Positions 1-10,085 of a stretch of 64,000 nucleotides of DNA are shown here, in pieces. The stretch covers positions 222,063-286,062 of the forward strand of contig CAVQXJ010000002.1 in assembly GCA_963717745.1 (NCBI GenBank). The letters are read 5' to 3'. Position 1 is the stretch's first letter. Every line of letters starts with the position of its first letter. The DNA is from an uncultured Acidobacteriota bacterium. Its GTDB lineage: Bacteria; Acidobacteriota; Vicinamibacteria; Vicinamibacterales; 2-12-FULL-66-21. The notes under the pieces are model-generated. The model searched no databases, had not been told where the DNA came from, and saw only the letters and a list, made by a program, of their open reading frames with translations. Made by a program: the position numbers and the translations under genes.

Positions 1-996
1 GACACCGACTACAAAGGCGTGTTCTCGCCATCAAGTCATCTGCGTCATCACATTCAGTTTCCGGGTGCATGGGGCGGCGCGAACTGGGGAAGCGTCGCGG
101 CCGATCCCGGAACGGGCATGCTCTTCGTGCGTAGCCTGGAGATGCCGAGCTATCGGCGGATGGCGCTCAGCGCGGAGCGTCCGGGCCCGCCGGCGATCAA
201 GGGCGGTCCGCGGGAACAGGATGGCTACGCGGTCTACGCGCAGATCTGCGCCGGCTGTCACGGCCCCGGTCAGGCGCCGATGCGAACGCCGGCGAAGCTC
301 GGCCCGGATGGCTTCCGCCAGCTGATTCGTCAGGGGAAGGAACAGATGCCGGCGTTTCCCGACGCGGTGTTGAGCGCGGACCGTGTAGACGCCGTCGAAG
401 CGTATCTGCTCAGCCTGCCGCTCGCCGATGCCCCGGCCGAGGAGTCCAGTGGTGAGCGGATGCTGCGCCTGCCGCCGAATCCGAATCGCTACTCGGGCCC
501 GGCGGCCCGCTATGCGGGTTCGTTCTCGGCGGGTTGGTATACGAGCAACGGACTTCCTGCCGTCGGGCCGCCGTGGACCCAGCTCGTGGCGTACGACCTG
601 AACGACGGCACGATCAAGTGGCGCGTTCCCGACGGCCAGGCGCCGGGACTCGCGGACAAGGACATCCCGCTGACCGGCACGGTGCGGCCGCGTAACGGTC
701 CGGTCGTGACGGCCGGTGGACTCGTCTTCGCCGCCAACTCACAGGATCGGATGCTCCGCGCCTACGACCGGGAGACCGGCAAGGTGCTCTGGGCCCACGA
801 GCTCGAGGCGAACCCGGAGGGCATTCCCGCGGTCTACCAGCTCGATGGCCGCCAGTACATCGCCTTTGCGGCCGGCGCCTCGTGGGGGACGGGAACCGAT
901 CCGGTGTGGAAGAACCCGTTCCACCGCAAGCCGGCGCGGCTCGAGGCGCAGGGGTACTACGTGTTCGGGCTACCGGGAAGGGGTGTCAGGCAGTGA
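1..996 (+). CDS. PQQ-type beta-propeller dehydrogenase fragment with inserted c-type cytochrome domain (5' end outside window)
   Basis: ORF 19..996 is open to the window edge. CAGCHG haem-binding motif with downstream QMPAFP Met ligand region. Flanked by propeller-blade-like segments (GGLVFAANSQDRMLRAYDRETGKVLW). Confidence 0.75.
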   Translation, partial: DTDYKGVFSPSSHLRHHIQFPGAWGGANWGSVAADPGTGMLFVRSLEMPSYRRMALSAERPGPPAIKGGPREQDGYAVYAQICAGCHGPGQAPMRTPAKLGPDGFRQLIRQGKEQMPAFPDAVLSADRVDAVEAYLLSLPLADAPAEESSGERMLRLPPNPNRYSGPAARYAGSFSAGWYTSNGLPAVGPPWTQLVAYDLNDGTIKWRVPDGQAPGLADKDIPLTGTVRPRNGPVVTAGGLVFAANSQDRMLRAYDRETGKVLWAHELEANPEGIPAVYQLDGRQYIAFAAGASWGTGTDPVWKNPFHRKPARLEAQGYYVFGLPGRGVRQ

Positions 997-1057
997 ATCG
1001 TGAACGGTCGCCCTCTCATACACGCGGCGACCGTTCACGATTCACTGCCTGACACCC
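981..1057. terminator. perfect 32-bp-stem hairpin (13-nt loop) overlapping the stop codon of the upstream gene; repeat family G copy 1
   Basis: 981-1012 GGGTGTCAGGCAGTGAATCGTGAACGGTCGCC is the exact reverse complement of 1026-1057. The TGA stop at 994-996 lies inside the left arm. Confidence 0.7.
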
Positions 1058-1075
1058 AGGAGGACAGGTAACTTG

Positions 1076-2866
1076 ATGCGCACCCTCAGCTCCGTCGTTT
1101 TGATTGCCGCCCTCGCCGGCTCGCTCGGTTTGCTCGCGGAGGCGCAGCCGAAGCCGGCATTCGACCGGGCGCCCGATGCCCTCGAGCGGGTGACGTGGCG
1201 AACGCGCACGCTCGTGAGTGACGACCGGCTCACCAACTGGAACTTCGCCATCCCCGGCGCTGGACTGTCGTTCCTCGAGACCGTCGTGCGAGCCGACGCA
1301 GCCATCGTGACGTTCGTCGAGGCCTCCAGCACGCAGCGAATCGACGCTGGAGGTTCGCGGACGTTCGACTCTGCGCTCACCGCAGAAGAGATCGCCTCGA
1401 TCAAGAGCCGCATGGGAGAGGTCCGCCTGCTCACTTATCGAATCGAACAAGCCGGCAGCCGGGAGTCGATCGAAAAGGCGCTGCGGTTTGCCAAGGACAT
1501 GGGAGCCGAGACCGTCGTCGTGCCGGCCGGCACATCGCTGGATGGCCTGGAGGCGGCTGCCGATCAGGCGGGGGTCAACGTGGCCGTCATGGTGGACAGT
1601 GCCCGGCCGGCCGCGCTGTTGAATGCGCTGGCGGGGAAGGGCAAACGGATTGGCGTCGGCATCGACACCGGTCTGTGGGCGCAGGAAGGCGTGTCGGCCG
1701 CCGACGGTCTCGCCCTGGTTAAGGAGCGACTGCTGTACCTCAGGCTGCGGGATCGGTCCGCGCGCGGTCAGGGCGGCCAAAACGTGCTCCTCGGTCAGGG
1801 CATCGGCGATCTGAAAGGGTTGTTCCTGGATATGGAGCGGCTCCGGATCAGGCCCGTCTCGATGACGCTCGACCTCGCCGGCGTAATCACCGCCCCCGGT
1901 GATCTCTTCAAGGCGATCGACGGGTTCGAAACTGTCGTGCAGCCGGCGTACGGGATCAACTTCACCGCCTTTTCGAAGACGCGTCCGATCCGGTGGGACG
2001 TGGTGATGCCGGCGAAAGGAGAGACGCCGAATCCCGAGACGCTGCGGAAGGCGGGGGACGACGTCCGGGCGAAGATCGTCGCGGCCATTCCGAAGCAGGC
2101 CTACGCGGCGCCGAAGAAGCGGCGGAAGCTGCTCGTCATCGAGAGCCTGCACGGCATGTCGCACAACACGATTCCGCACACCAACGTGATGATCGAAGAG
2201 ATGGGGAAGATCACCGGGGCATGGGAGGCGGTCTTCAACAACGATCTCGACAATCTCAAGTATCCGAAGATCAAGGAATACGACGCGGTGTTCCTGAACA
2301 GCATCGTCGGGGAGCTCCTGGCCGAACCTGCCGTGCGCGACGGACTCGCGCGGTTCGTGAAGGAGGGGGGCGGACTTGGCGGCATCCACGGCACGCCGTG
2401 GGCGTCGCGCAACTGGGACGAGTTCGCGGAGATGATCGGCGCGCAGAGCGCGCCGCACCGGATCGAACAGGGTGTGATGAAGGTCTACGACCCGGCCAGC
2501 CCGCTGATGAAGCCGTTCGCCGGCAAGGAGCTGCCGTTTCGCGAGGAGTACTACCGCTTCGAGCACGAAGGCCGGGGGCGGCTGCGGTGGGACACCGTGC
2601 GCGTCCTGCTGACGGTGGCGCTCGACGATCCGAAGATCGAACCGCGCCCGTGGAACGGCTACAAGCGTCCCGACAACATCTACCCGGTCGCGTGGATTCG
2701 GACCTACGGCAAGGGACGGGTCTTCTACAACTCGCTCGGCCACATGCCGGAGACGTTCATGACGCCGGAGGTCGTCGGGCATTTCCTCGCCGGTCTGCAG
2801 TTCATGCTCGGCGATCTCGCGGCGGACACCACCCCGAACCCGGCGAGCCGGGGCTCGGGGCAGTGA
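1076..2866 (+). CDS. secreted two-domain protein: TIM-barrel sugar-phosphate isomerase/epimerase-like N-terminal region + ThuA-like (trehalose-utilisation) C-terminal domain
   Basis: ORF 1073..2866 with AGGAGG upstream and a signal-peptide-like N-terminus. C-terminal half has ThuA-like motifs (LLVIESLHG...GGIHGT...YPVAWIRTYGKGRVFYNSLGH). Confidence 0.75.
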   Translation: MRTLSSVVLIAALAGSLGLLAEAQPKPAFDRAPDALERVTWRTRTLVSDDRLTNWNFAIPGAGLSFLETVVRADAAIVTFVEASSTQRIDAGGSRTFDSALTAEEIASIKSRMGEVRLLTYRIEQAGSRESIEKALRFAKDMGAETVVVPAGTSLDGLEAAADQAGVNVAVMVDSARPAALLNALAGKGKRIGVGIDTGLWAQEGVSAADGLALVKERLLYLRLRDRSARGQGGQNVLLGQGIGDLKGLFLDMERLRIRPVSMTLDLAGVITAPGDLFKAIDGFETVVQPAYGINFTAFSKTRPIRWDVVMPAKGETPNPETLRKAGDDVRAKIVAAIPKQAYAAPKKRRKLLVIESLHGMSHNTIPHTNVMIEEMGKITGAWEAVFNNDLDNLKYPKIKEYDAVFLNSIVGELLAEPAVRDGLARFVKEGGGLGGIHGTPWASRNWDEFAEMIGAQSAPHRIEQGVMKVYDPASPLMKPFAGKELPFREEYYRFEHEGRGRLRWDTVRVLLTVALDDPKIEPRPWNGYKRPDNIYPVAWIRTYGKGRVFYNSLGHMPETFMTPEVVGHFLAGLQFMLGDLAADTTPNPASRGSGQ

Positions 2867-2879
2867 CCGGGCTCGGAGG

Positions 2880-4196
2880 CTACGAGAGCAGCCTGGCGAT
2901 GTTGTCATGCCCGCGTTTGGTTGCCCACGCGAGCGGCGTGGCCCAGGATGGATCGTCGGGCAGGCTCTTCGCCGCGCCGTGTCGGAGCAGGAGCTCGACC
3001 ATCTCGAGCTGACCGAACTTGGCCGCCCAGGCGAGCGGCGTCGAACGGAGGTGCTCGTCACGCGCGGTCAGATCGGCGCCAGCCTCGAGCAGTTTCTTCG
3101 CCTCCAGCAGATCGCCCTTGCGCGCCGCCTCGTGGAGCGGCGAGATGCGCAGCCAGTTGAGCGCGCGCGTTGGCCAGTCTTCACCCGTGTGTCCCTGCGT
3201 CGGTTTGGCGCCGTACGAAAGGAGCAACTGCTCCATGCGCCTGTCGGGGCGCAGTTCCTGCGACACCCACAGCGCGTCGCCCGAGCTTTCGACCGGCGGA
3301 TTCGGAAAGGCGCCGCGCTCGAGCAGGAGCTTCGCGATGTCGTAGTGCCGATGGAAGACGGCCGAATAGAGCGCCTTTCCCTTGGGCGCATACTGCTCTT
3401 CCGGCAGATTGGGGTCGGCGCCGTGATCGAGCAGCACCTGCACGATGTCGATGCGCCCGGCGGCGGCGGCATTCGACAGGGGCGACCCGACGGCGAGGTA
3501 GTAGCCCTCGTGCTCGCCAATCCTGTTGGCCAGCGACGGATCCTGACGGAGCAACTCGCGCACGCGGCCGATGTCGCCGGTGTGACACGCCGTCGGCAGA
3601 TCGATGAACGCGCCGCGCGCCTTCAGGTGGGCCATGACGTGTGCGGCAGTCACCGGCCAGTCGCGCGGCACATCGCGCCAGCCGCGGTAGAAGTAGTCGC
3701 CATTGGTTACGTGAATGGGCCGAGCGCCGTCCATCCTCTGGGCGTTGATGTCCGCGCCGCGCCGCAGCAGCTCGTCGATCGCGTCGAGCTGTCGCGTCAT
3801 GGTGGCCCAGTGGATCGGCTGGCTGGACCGCTTGTCGCCCTTGCCGACGAGCGCCGGCTGCGCGTCGAGCAGCGCGCGCATCTCTTTCAGATCGTGCTCC
3901 CGCAGCGCCAACGCGACCGGTTCCCCCTGCGGCGATGCGTTGAACTTCGTGTCGAACGTGTGCGTCAGCAGCTGCTCCATCTCCGTGTAGCCGCGATCGC
4001 GTGCAATCTCGATCGGATCATCGTCCATCCAGAGATCCAGCGGGTTGCAATCGTGCTCGAGCAGGAAGCGAACGACGTCGATGCGATTCTCGCGCACGGC
4101 GAAGTACAGCGGCTTGCGATAGTCGTAGTGCGACCGGGCCAGCGACGGATCTTTTGCGATGAGCGCTCGTACGGCTGTCGAGATCGCCTGACGCAC
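2880..4196 (-). CDS. ankyrin-repeat protein (main body; N-terminus lies in a different frame, see 4018..4491)
   Basis: 438-aa ORF with many ankyrin-type repeats (TPLAWAAKFGQLEMVELLLRHGA, SPLHEAARKGDLLEAKKLLEAGADL). Confidence 0.85.
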   Translation of the reverse strand: MRQAISTAVRALIAKDPSLARSHYDYRKPLYFAVRENRIDVVRFLLEHDCNPLDLWMDDDPIEIARDRGYTEMEQLLTHTFDTKFNASPQGEPVALALREHDLKEMRALLDAQPALVGKGDKRSSQPIHWATMTRQLDAIDELLRRGADINAQRMDGARPIHVTNGDYFYRGWRDVPRDWPVTAAHVMAHLKARGAFIDLPTACHTGDIGRVRELLRQDPSLANRIGEHEGYYLAVGSPLSNAAAAGRIDIVQVLLDHGADPNLPEEQYAPKGKALYSAVFHRHYDIAKLLLERGAFPNPPVESSGDALWVSQELRPDRRMEQLLLSYGAKPTQGHTGEDWPTRALNWLRISPLHEAARKGDLLEAKKLLEAGADLTARDEHLRSTPLAWAAKFGQLEMVELLLRHGAAKSLPDDPSWATPLAWATKRGHDNIARLLS

Positions 4197-4491
4197 AGGC
4201 CTGAATGAGCGCCCACACGTCGGTGCCGCGTCCTTGCGACCACAGAAGTTTGTGATCGGATTTCAGCTCCGCTGGTTGCAGCATGCGGTTGGCCGGCTGC
4301 ATGGATTCGACGTGGTGTACCAGCTTCGGCCAACTTTCGAACCCGTACTCGCGCGCGAGCGCGTGCTGCGCCGCGGCAAGACTCACCGATGGATCGGCGG
4401 CGCGCAGCGTCTCGAGATGTTCCTTGGCTTGTTTTCGGAGTTGCTCGAGGGACGGACGTTCGGGCAGACGACGGCGACTGGGATCGGACAT
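4018..4491 (-). CDS. N-terminal fragment of the same ankyrin-repeat gene (only about 4177-4491 looks genuinely coding)
   Basis: PSLEQLRKQAKEHLETLRAADPS...YGFESWPKLVHHVE is coding-like. It reads ...DVWALIQACASGDLD, then continuity resumes in the 2880..4196 frame as AVRALIAKDPSL. Confidence 0.6.
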   Translation of the reverse strand: MSDPSRRRLPERPSLEQLRKQAKEHLETLRAADPSVSLAAAQHALAREYGFESWPKLVHHVESMQPANRMLQPAELKSDHKLLWSQGRGTDVWALIQACASGDLDSRTSAHRKRSVAGPVALRLSQAAVLRRARESHRRRSLPARARLQPAGSLDGR

Positions 4492-4824
4492 GACGATCTC
4501 CTTTCGGATAGTGCCCGCGTCCGCTCGACGGGCTGAAAGAAGATCGCAGATGGTGACGAAGCCTGGCTCAGGTGGGCTCAGCCCTTCCCGCGGACGGGGT
4601 GCGTCCTGTCACGCGGGATCATTGTACGCACGATTCCACAGGCCGGCCAAAGGGCACGGGTCCGTTGGCCCGGCACCGCGATCCTCGACGGCGTGGATCT
4701 ACAATGCGCTCTCGGAAGCCCGGTCCCTGGACGAGTTCTGGCGCTGGGCATACTCGGCGCGTCGGCGACTACGACAGCCCGCGACCGCAACGTGTCGCAA
4801 TCAGCAAACGACAGGGAGCGCCGT

Positions 4825-7248
4825 ATGGCGAGGACCGAATATCTGACGGAGCTCGGGCAGGATGTCGGCTACGCGCTGCGCATGCTGCGCCGCGCACCCG
4901 GCTTCACGCTCGCCGCCTTGACTACTCTGGCGCTCGGCATCGGCGCCAATAGCGCCATCTTCAGCGTTGTCCACGGCGTCCTGCTCGCGCCGCTGCCGTA
5001 TCGTGATGCCGGCCGGTTGTATCGCATCACGACCCTCTATCCGGACGGGACGGCCTACTCCCTCTCGCCACCCGATTTCATGAGCGTGCGAGAGCAAACG
5101 CGAACCCTCGAGCAGGTGGAGGGATTCTCGGGCGGCGTCTACACGATGCTCGACGCCGGCGAGCCGCGCGAAGTGCGAGGGACGAGCGTCAGCGATCGTC
5201 TCTTTGGCCTCCTCGGTGTGGACGTCGCACTCGGCCGAGGTCTGTTGCCGGGCGACACTCAACCGGGGCACGAACGGGTGGCCGTGCTCGACCATGGGTT
5301 CTGGCAGCGGCAGTTCGGTGGCGATCGCAGCGTGCTCGGCCGCAGGATCAGGATCGCCGGCTCGCCGGTCGAGATCGTCGGCGTGCTGGCGCGCGGCACC
5401 CGGTTGCTCGACGCCGCGGATGTGTATACGCCGCTGGTCTACAACGACACGTTCAGCGCGGCGACCGCGAAGGGCAGACGCGGTGAGTTCCTGACGGTCA
5501 TCGGCCGTGCGAAGGCAGGCATCTCGCTCGCGCAGACTGATGACGACCTGCGGCGAATTGGCGGTCAGCTGCAGGTGGCGTTCCGCGAGACCAATCAGGC
5601 GTTGACGTTCAACGCCTTGCCGCTCACCGAGGTGATCGTGGGCGACGTGCGAACGCCGCTGCTCATTCTGCTCGGCGCCGTTGGCTTCGTGTTGCTGGTC
5701 GCCTGCGCGAATGTCGCCAACCTGCTCCTGGCGCGCGCCTCCGCACGTCAGGCGGAGCTGGCGGTCCGATCGGCGCTCGGTGCCGGCCGCGTACGGCTGC
5801 TCCGTCAGCTGCTGACCGAGGCTCTGGTCCTCGGGACCGCTGGTGCCGTGCTGGGCCTGGCGATGGCGTTGGTGGCGACGCGCGCGCTGGTGGCCGCGCA
5901 ACCGGCCGACATTCCGCGGTTGGAAGACGTCGGTGTGAACGGCATGGTCGTCATCGTGACGTTTGCGATCGCGATCGCGACCAGCGTCGGGTTCGGGATG
6001 TTGCCGGCGCTTCAGCTCACCGGCGCGCGCCTGCCGACCGCCTTGCGCGAGAGCACGCGCGGTGGCGCGAGTGTCGGCGGGCAGTGGATGCGATCGGCGC
6101 TGGTGGTCGCCGAGATGGCGCTTGCGGTCGTCCTGTTGATTGGTGCCGGGCTGTTGATCAGGAGCTTCGTCCAGTTGACTCGCGTCGACCCCGGGTTCCG
6201 CGCCGACCAGGCACTCTCGTTCCGAGTCGTGCTCCAGGGCGAACGATATGCCCAGGATGAGCCCACCCGCATTCGCGTCGCGGAGTTCGAGCAGCACTTG
6301 AGACGGTTACCCGGAGTCTCGACGGTCGGCGCCACCAGCCTGCTCCCGCTCAGCGGCCGCGGCGCGATGGTCGGCTTCGCCGTCGAGGGCGCGCCGCCCC
6401 CGCCGCCGAATGTCAATGCCGAAATCGCCTTGGCCAGTGCCACGCCCGACTACCTTCGGGCGATCGGAGCGACGGTCAGGCAGGGCCGCCACTTCAGCGC
6501 TCAGGACGACACCGCTGCGCCGCGCGTCGCGATCGTGAACGAGGCCGCGGTGCGACGATGGTTCGCTGGTCAGAATCCGATCGGCCGCCGGGTCATTACC
6601 AATGGTGCGCCGCGCGAGGTCGTGGGCGTCGTCGCCGACCTGCTGCAGCGAAGCGCCTCGGACCCGGTGGCGCCGATGGTCTTCGTGCCGTTCGCGCAGC
6701 GGACCATCAGGTCGATCAAGATGGCGGTGCGGACGACCGGCGATCCGGCGGCGCTGGCGCCGGCGATTCGCGCCGAGATCCGGGCGCTCGACGCCGATCT
6801 CGCGATTGCCGACATCACACCGATGACACAGCTGGTCCTCCGATCGCTCACCGCGCCGCGCTTCTACACCAGCCTGCTGGCGCTCTTTGCCGGCGTCGGC
6901 CTCGTGCTGGCGGCGATCGGCGTGTTTGGCGTGATGAGTTATGCCGTGGCGCAGCGGGTCCGCGAGATCAGCATTCGTCTCGCGCTCGGCGCACTGCCGC
7001 GCGAGGTGCTGCGGATGATCCTCGGCCACGCCCTCGGCCTGTCCGCGATCGGCGTCGTCGTGGGCCTCGCGGGAGCGATTGGACTCGGACGCGTCATTCA
7101 GGGCCAGCTGTTCGGCGTCGCACTCCTCGATCCCGTGACGTTGGTCGGCGTCCCGCTCGTGCTCGGCGCGAGCGCAGGGCTGGCGAGTTATCTCCCGGCA
7201 CGGCGCGCGATGAAGCTCGATCCAGCGAGCGCGCTGCGCGAAGGGTGA
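4825..7248 (+). CDS. ADOP-family duplicated FtsX/MacB-like ABC permease, paralog 1
   Basis: ORF 4693..7248 trimmed to ATG 4825 (MARTEYL). Has the N-terminal TM motif LALGIGANSAIFSVV, two FtsX-like 4-TM blocks, and a C-terminal DPASALREG. Confidence 0.9.
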   Translation: MARTEYLTELGQDVGYALRMLRRAPGFTLAALTTLALGIGANSAIFSVVHGVLLAPLPYRDAGRLYRITTLYPDGTAYSLSPPDFMSVREQTRTLEQVEGFSGGVYTMLDAGEPREVRGTSVSDRLFGLLGVDVALGRGLLPGDTQPGHERVAVLDHGFWQRQFGGDRSVLGRRIRIAGSPVEIVGVLARGTRLLDAADVYTPLVYNDTFSAATAKGRRGEFLTVIGRAKAGISLAQTDDDLRRIGGQLQVAFRETNQALTFNALPLTEVIVGDVRTPLLILLGAVGFVLLVACANVANLLLARASARQAELAVRSALGAGRVRLLRQLLTEALVLGTAGAVLGLAMALVATRALVAAQPADIPRLEDVGVNGMVVIVTFAIAIATSVGFGMLPALQLTGARLPTALRESTRGGASVGGQWMRSALVVAEMALAVVLLIGAGLLIRSFVQLTRVDPGFRADQALSFRVVLQGERYAQDEPTRIRVAEFEQHLRRLPGVSTVGATSLLPLSGRGAMVGFAVEGAPPPPPNVNAEIALASATPDYLRAIGATVRQGRHFSAQDDTAAPRVAIVNEAAVRRWFAGQNPIGRRVITNGAPREVVGVVADLLQRSASDPVAPMVFVPFAQRTIRSIKMAVRTTGDPAALAPAIRAEIRALDADLAIADITPMTQLVLRSLTAPRFYTSLLALFAGVGLVLAAIGVFGVMSYAVAQRVREISIRLALGALPREVLRMILGHALGLSAIGVVVGLAGAIGLGRVIQGQLFGVALLDPVTLVGVPLVLGASAGLASYLPARRAMKLDPASALREG

Positions 7249-7268
7249 GAAGGAATCTTCGCTCTGTG

Positions 7269-9758
7269 ATGCGCTGGCTCGCCGATCTCCTCGACGACGT
7301 TCGCTATACGTGTCGCACGTTGCGCCACCATCGCACGTTTGCGGTCGGGACCATACTCACCCTCGGACTCGGCATCGGGGTCAACACGGCGGTCTTCAGC
7401 GTCGTCAATGCGCTGCTGCTTCGGCCGCTGCCGGTGAGCGGGGGTGAGCGGCTGGTGGTCCTCGGCAGCCGTGGCTCTGGGACGGCGGCCTTGGGCCCGA
7501 TGTCGTTTGCCGACCTCCAGGATTTTCGAGCCGCGACGCGAGACGTCCTCGACGACATCGCAGGGTATAGCGTCGGTTTCATCGGGCTCGCCCCGGAACA
7601 CGGACCCACCTTCGCGCTGCGCGCTACGGCGGACACGCGTCCTGCCCGCGTGCTGGCGACGTGGGTCACCGGAAACTATTTCGAGCTGCTCGGCATCCAG
7701 CCGGCACTCGGCCGGTTCATTCAGAGCGCCGAAGGAGCGCCGGGACGGATCGACCCGGTCGTCGTGCTGGGTCACGCGACGTGGCGCCAGCGGTTCAACG
7801 GCGACTCGGCCATCGTCGGCAAAACCGTGCGCCTCAACGGTCGAGTGTGCACGATTGTCGGCGTCGTCCCACCAGGGTTCGCCGGTACGTTCGCGTTCTC
7901 CGCATCGGAGGTGTACCTGCCGATCACCTGGGCCCCAGGTTTCCTGCACGATGACCGCGGCGGCCGGATCCTGCACACGCTCGCGCGACTGCGAAACGGC
8001 GCTACTCTCCAGCATGCACAGGCGGTTGCCGATCTCGTCGCAGGCCGGCTGGCGCGGGAGCATCACGAGACCAACGCCCACGTCGGCGTGACGGTAGTGC
8101 CCGAACGCCTTGCGCGTCCGGAAGAGAGCAATGCGCAATCGAACCAGTACGTGGCGGCAGCTCTCCTTGGGCTCGTGGCGCTGGTGTTTGTCGTGGCTGC
8201 GGTCAATGTGACGAGCCTGCTGTTGGTGCGTTTCCTGAGCCGGCGAAAGGAGCTGGCGGTGCGCCTCGCGCTCGGGGCCGGCCGTGCGCGGCTCGTTCAA
8301 CATCTCCTGGCAGAGAGTGCCGTCCTGTGCTGCCTCGGCGGCGTTGCTGGCGTCGCGTTCGGTGCGGCGGCGGCGCGCGCGCTGACGCTGGTGCGGCTTC
8401 CCGGAGATCTCCCGGTTCGTTTCGACTTTTCACTCGATCATCGCGTCGTGGTGTACGGGCTTGCGGTCACCGCGGTGACGGCCATCATCGTCGGCATCAC
8501 GGTGGCGGGCCGTTTCTCGAAGACGACCATAGACGAGGCGCTCCGCGACCGGGGGTCTGGTGCGACTCCGAGTCGGGACGGCGAGCGCATGCGCAAGACA
8601 CTCGTCGTCGCGCAGGTGGCCGTGACCGTCGTGCTGACGCTCGCCGGCGGGTTGTTCGTACGCGGCCTGTCAGCGGCACAACGTGTCGATCTCGGATTCC
8701 TCCCCGAGCGTGTGCTCAACGTCCAGATGGACGTCGGACAGGTGGGGTATTCGGAATCGAAGGGCCGCGCCTTCTTCGATGCCGTAGAGGCTCGCATACG
8801 CGCGCTTCCGGGCGTCGACGCGATGGCCTACGCATTCTCGGTGCCGTTTGGATATGTGAATCTCGGGTGGTCCGTGCACGCCCCGGATCAGCTCGCGGCG
8901 CGGAGAGAACACATCCGCGCCGGCACGAATATCGTCGACCCGCAGTACTTCTCCACTCTGTCGATCCGCATCGAGTCCGGCCGTGGCTTCACACCGGCGG
9001 ATGGGCGAGACGCACCCCGGGTGGCGATCGTGAACCGCCGTCTCGCGGACCTGTTGTGGCCAGATCAGGACGCGATCGGTCGCCGGTTCAAGGAGGTGAC
9101 GGAAGACAGCCCCTGGATGGAGGTGGTTGGCGTCACGCCGACGGGAAAATATCAGTTGCTGTTCGAAGATCCGCTGCCCTACTACTATGTGCCGATCGCG
9201 CAGCACTACACGGCTCTGAGAGTGCTCCACGTCCGCAGCAGGCTGTCTCCCGAGGGAATCACCCAGGCTGTGGAGCGCGCGATTCACGGTCTCGAGCCTG
9301 ACCTTCCGCTCTACGACGTGCAGACCATGACCAGGGCCTTGGACAGTGCGCGCGGCCGGTTCCTCGTGCGCGCGGCCGCTCTTTTCGCTGCGCTGCTCGC
9401 GCTGCTCGCCCTCGTGCTCACCGTGCTCGGACTATACGGAATGGTCGCGTACGTGACGAGCCAACGTACGCAGGAAATCGGCGTGCGAATCGCGCTCGGT
9501 GCCACGGCGCGGAACGTCGTGCAGCTCGTCGGCACCGAGGCAGTCAGGCTCACGTTGCTCGGCGCCGCGATTGGGTTCGCGGGTGCGTACCTGAGCGCCC
9601 CGCTGCTCCGACGCCTGCTGTTCGGTGTGGCGCCGACGGATTGGGTCGCGTTCGCCGGTGCCCTCGTGGGTCTGATCGCGGTGACGGCCGCTGCGACCTG
9701 GATGCCCGCGCGGCGTGCCGCGCGCATGGATCCGCTGCGCGCCCTTCGCTCTGAATAG
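7269..9758 (+). CDS. ADOP-family duplicated FtsX/MacB-like ABC permease, paralog 2
   Basis: ORF 6558..9758 trimmed to ATG 7269 (MRWLADLLDDVRY...LGLGIGVNTAVFSVV). Same architecture as paralog 1; ends DPLRALRSE. Confidence 0.9.
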   Translation: MRWLADLLDDVRYTCRTLRHHRTFAVGTILTLGLGIGVNTAVFSVVNALLLRPLPVSGGERLVVLGSRGSGTAALGPMSFADLQDFRAATRDVLDDIAGYSVGFIGLAPEHGPTFALRATADTRPARVLATWVTGNYFELLGIQPALGRFIQSAEGAPGRIDPVVVLGHATWRQRFNGDSAIVGKTVRLNGRVCTIVGVVPPGFAGTFAFSASEVYLPITWAPGFLHDDRGGRILHTLARLRNGATLQHAQAVADLVAGRLAREHHETNAHVGVTVVPERLARPEESNAQSNQYVAAALLGLVALVFVVAAVNVTSLLLVRFLSRRKELAVRLALGAGRARLVQHLLAESAVLCCLGGVAGVAFGAAAARALTLVRLPGDLPVRFDFSLDHRVVVYGLAVTAVTAIIVGITVAGRFSKTTIDEALRDRGSGATPSRDGERMRKTLVVAQVAVTVVLTLAGGLFVRGLSAAQRVDLGFLPERVLNVQMDVGQVGYSESKGRAFFDAVEARIRALPGVDAMAYAFSVPFGYVNLGWSVHAPDQLAARREHIRAGTNIVDPQYFSTLSIRIESGRGFTPADGRDAPRVAIVNRRLADLLWPDQDAIGRRFKEVTEDSPWMEVVGVTPTGKYQLLFEDPLPYYYVPIAQHYTALRVLHVRSRLSPEGITQAVERAIHGLEPDLPLYDVQTMTRALDSARGRFLVRAAALFAALLALLALVLTVLGLYGMVAYVTSQRTQEIGVRIALGATARNVVQLVGTEAVRLTLLGAAIGFAGAYLSAPLLRRLLFGVAPTDWVAFAGALVGLIAVTAAATWMPARRAARMDPLRALRSE

Positions 9759-9766
9759 CGTGAGTG
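9735..9766 (+). repeat. 32-bp direct repeat, left copy (covers the 3' end and stop codon of ADOP paralog 2)
   Basis: CTGCGCGCCCTTCGCTCTGAATAGCGTGAGTG; 31/32 identical to 10498-10529. Confidence 0.9.
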
Positions 9767-9832
9767 TTCATGCGCGGCGATGGTGCGGCGGATACGAGGT
9801 CAGGACACCCAACAACCGTCCTGGCACGCCGC

Positions 9833-9846
9833 GCCATAAATATGGC
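9833..9846. promoter_or_regulatory. 14-bp palindrome GCCATAAATATGGC upstream of vapB, candidate TA autoregulatory operator
   Basis: Perfect palindrome 12 nt upstream of the vapB ATG. AT-rich centre in an otherwise GC-rich spacer. Confidence 0.4.
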
Positions 9847-9857
9847 ACAATGACCTC

Positions 9858-10085
9858 ATGCGCACGACGGTCGATATCCCCGATGGAATGTACCGCCGGC
9901 TGAAGTCCCGGGCGGCGCGCGAGGGCAGCTCGACCAGGGCGCTCATCCTGCGTGGCGTCAAGGAAGTGTTGAAGACCGAGCGTCGGAAAGCCGGCGCCCC
10001 CGTGTCATTGCCGATTGTCCGGTCCAAGCGTCCTGGCACGGTGGCCCTGAGCAATGCCGCCATCTACGACATCGCTTTTCCCTGA
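9858..10085 (+). CDS. vapB: type II antitoxin, ribbon-helix-helix VapB-like
   Basis: 75 aa. MRTTVDIPDGMYRRLKSRAAREGSSTRALILRGV is typical of RHH antitoxins. Overlaps the downstream PIN gene. Confidence 0.8.
   Translation: MRTTVDIPDGMYRRLKSRAAREGSSTRALILRGVKEVLKTERRKAGAPVSLPIVRSKRPGTVALSNAAIYDIAFP

Noticed and set aside
1016-3061. 681-aa minus-strand ORF antisense to the ThuA-like gene. Similar long antisense or out-of-frame ORFs occur at 28373..31168(-), 35314..36645(-), 46868..48880(+), 4801..6297(-), 21351..22904(-), 54365..56344(-) and 43318..44997(-).
   Set aside because: They are Arg/Gly/Pro/Ala-rich low-complexity translations with no recognisable motifs. They lie opposite ORFs that carry clear family signatures. 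This is the typical stop-codon-poor behaviour of non-coding frames in high-GC DNA.
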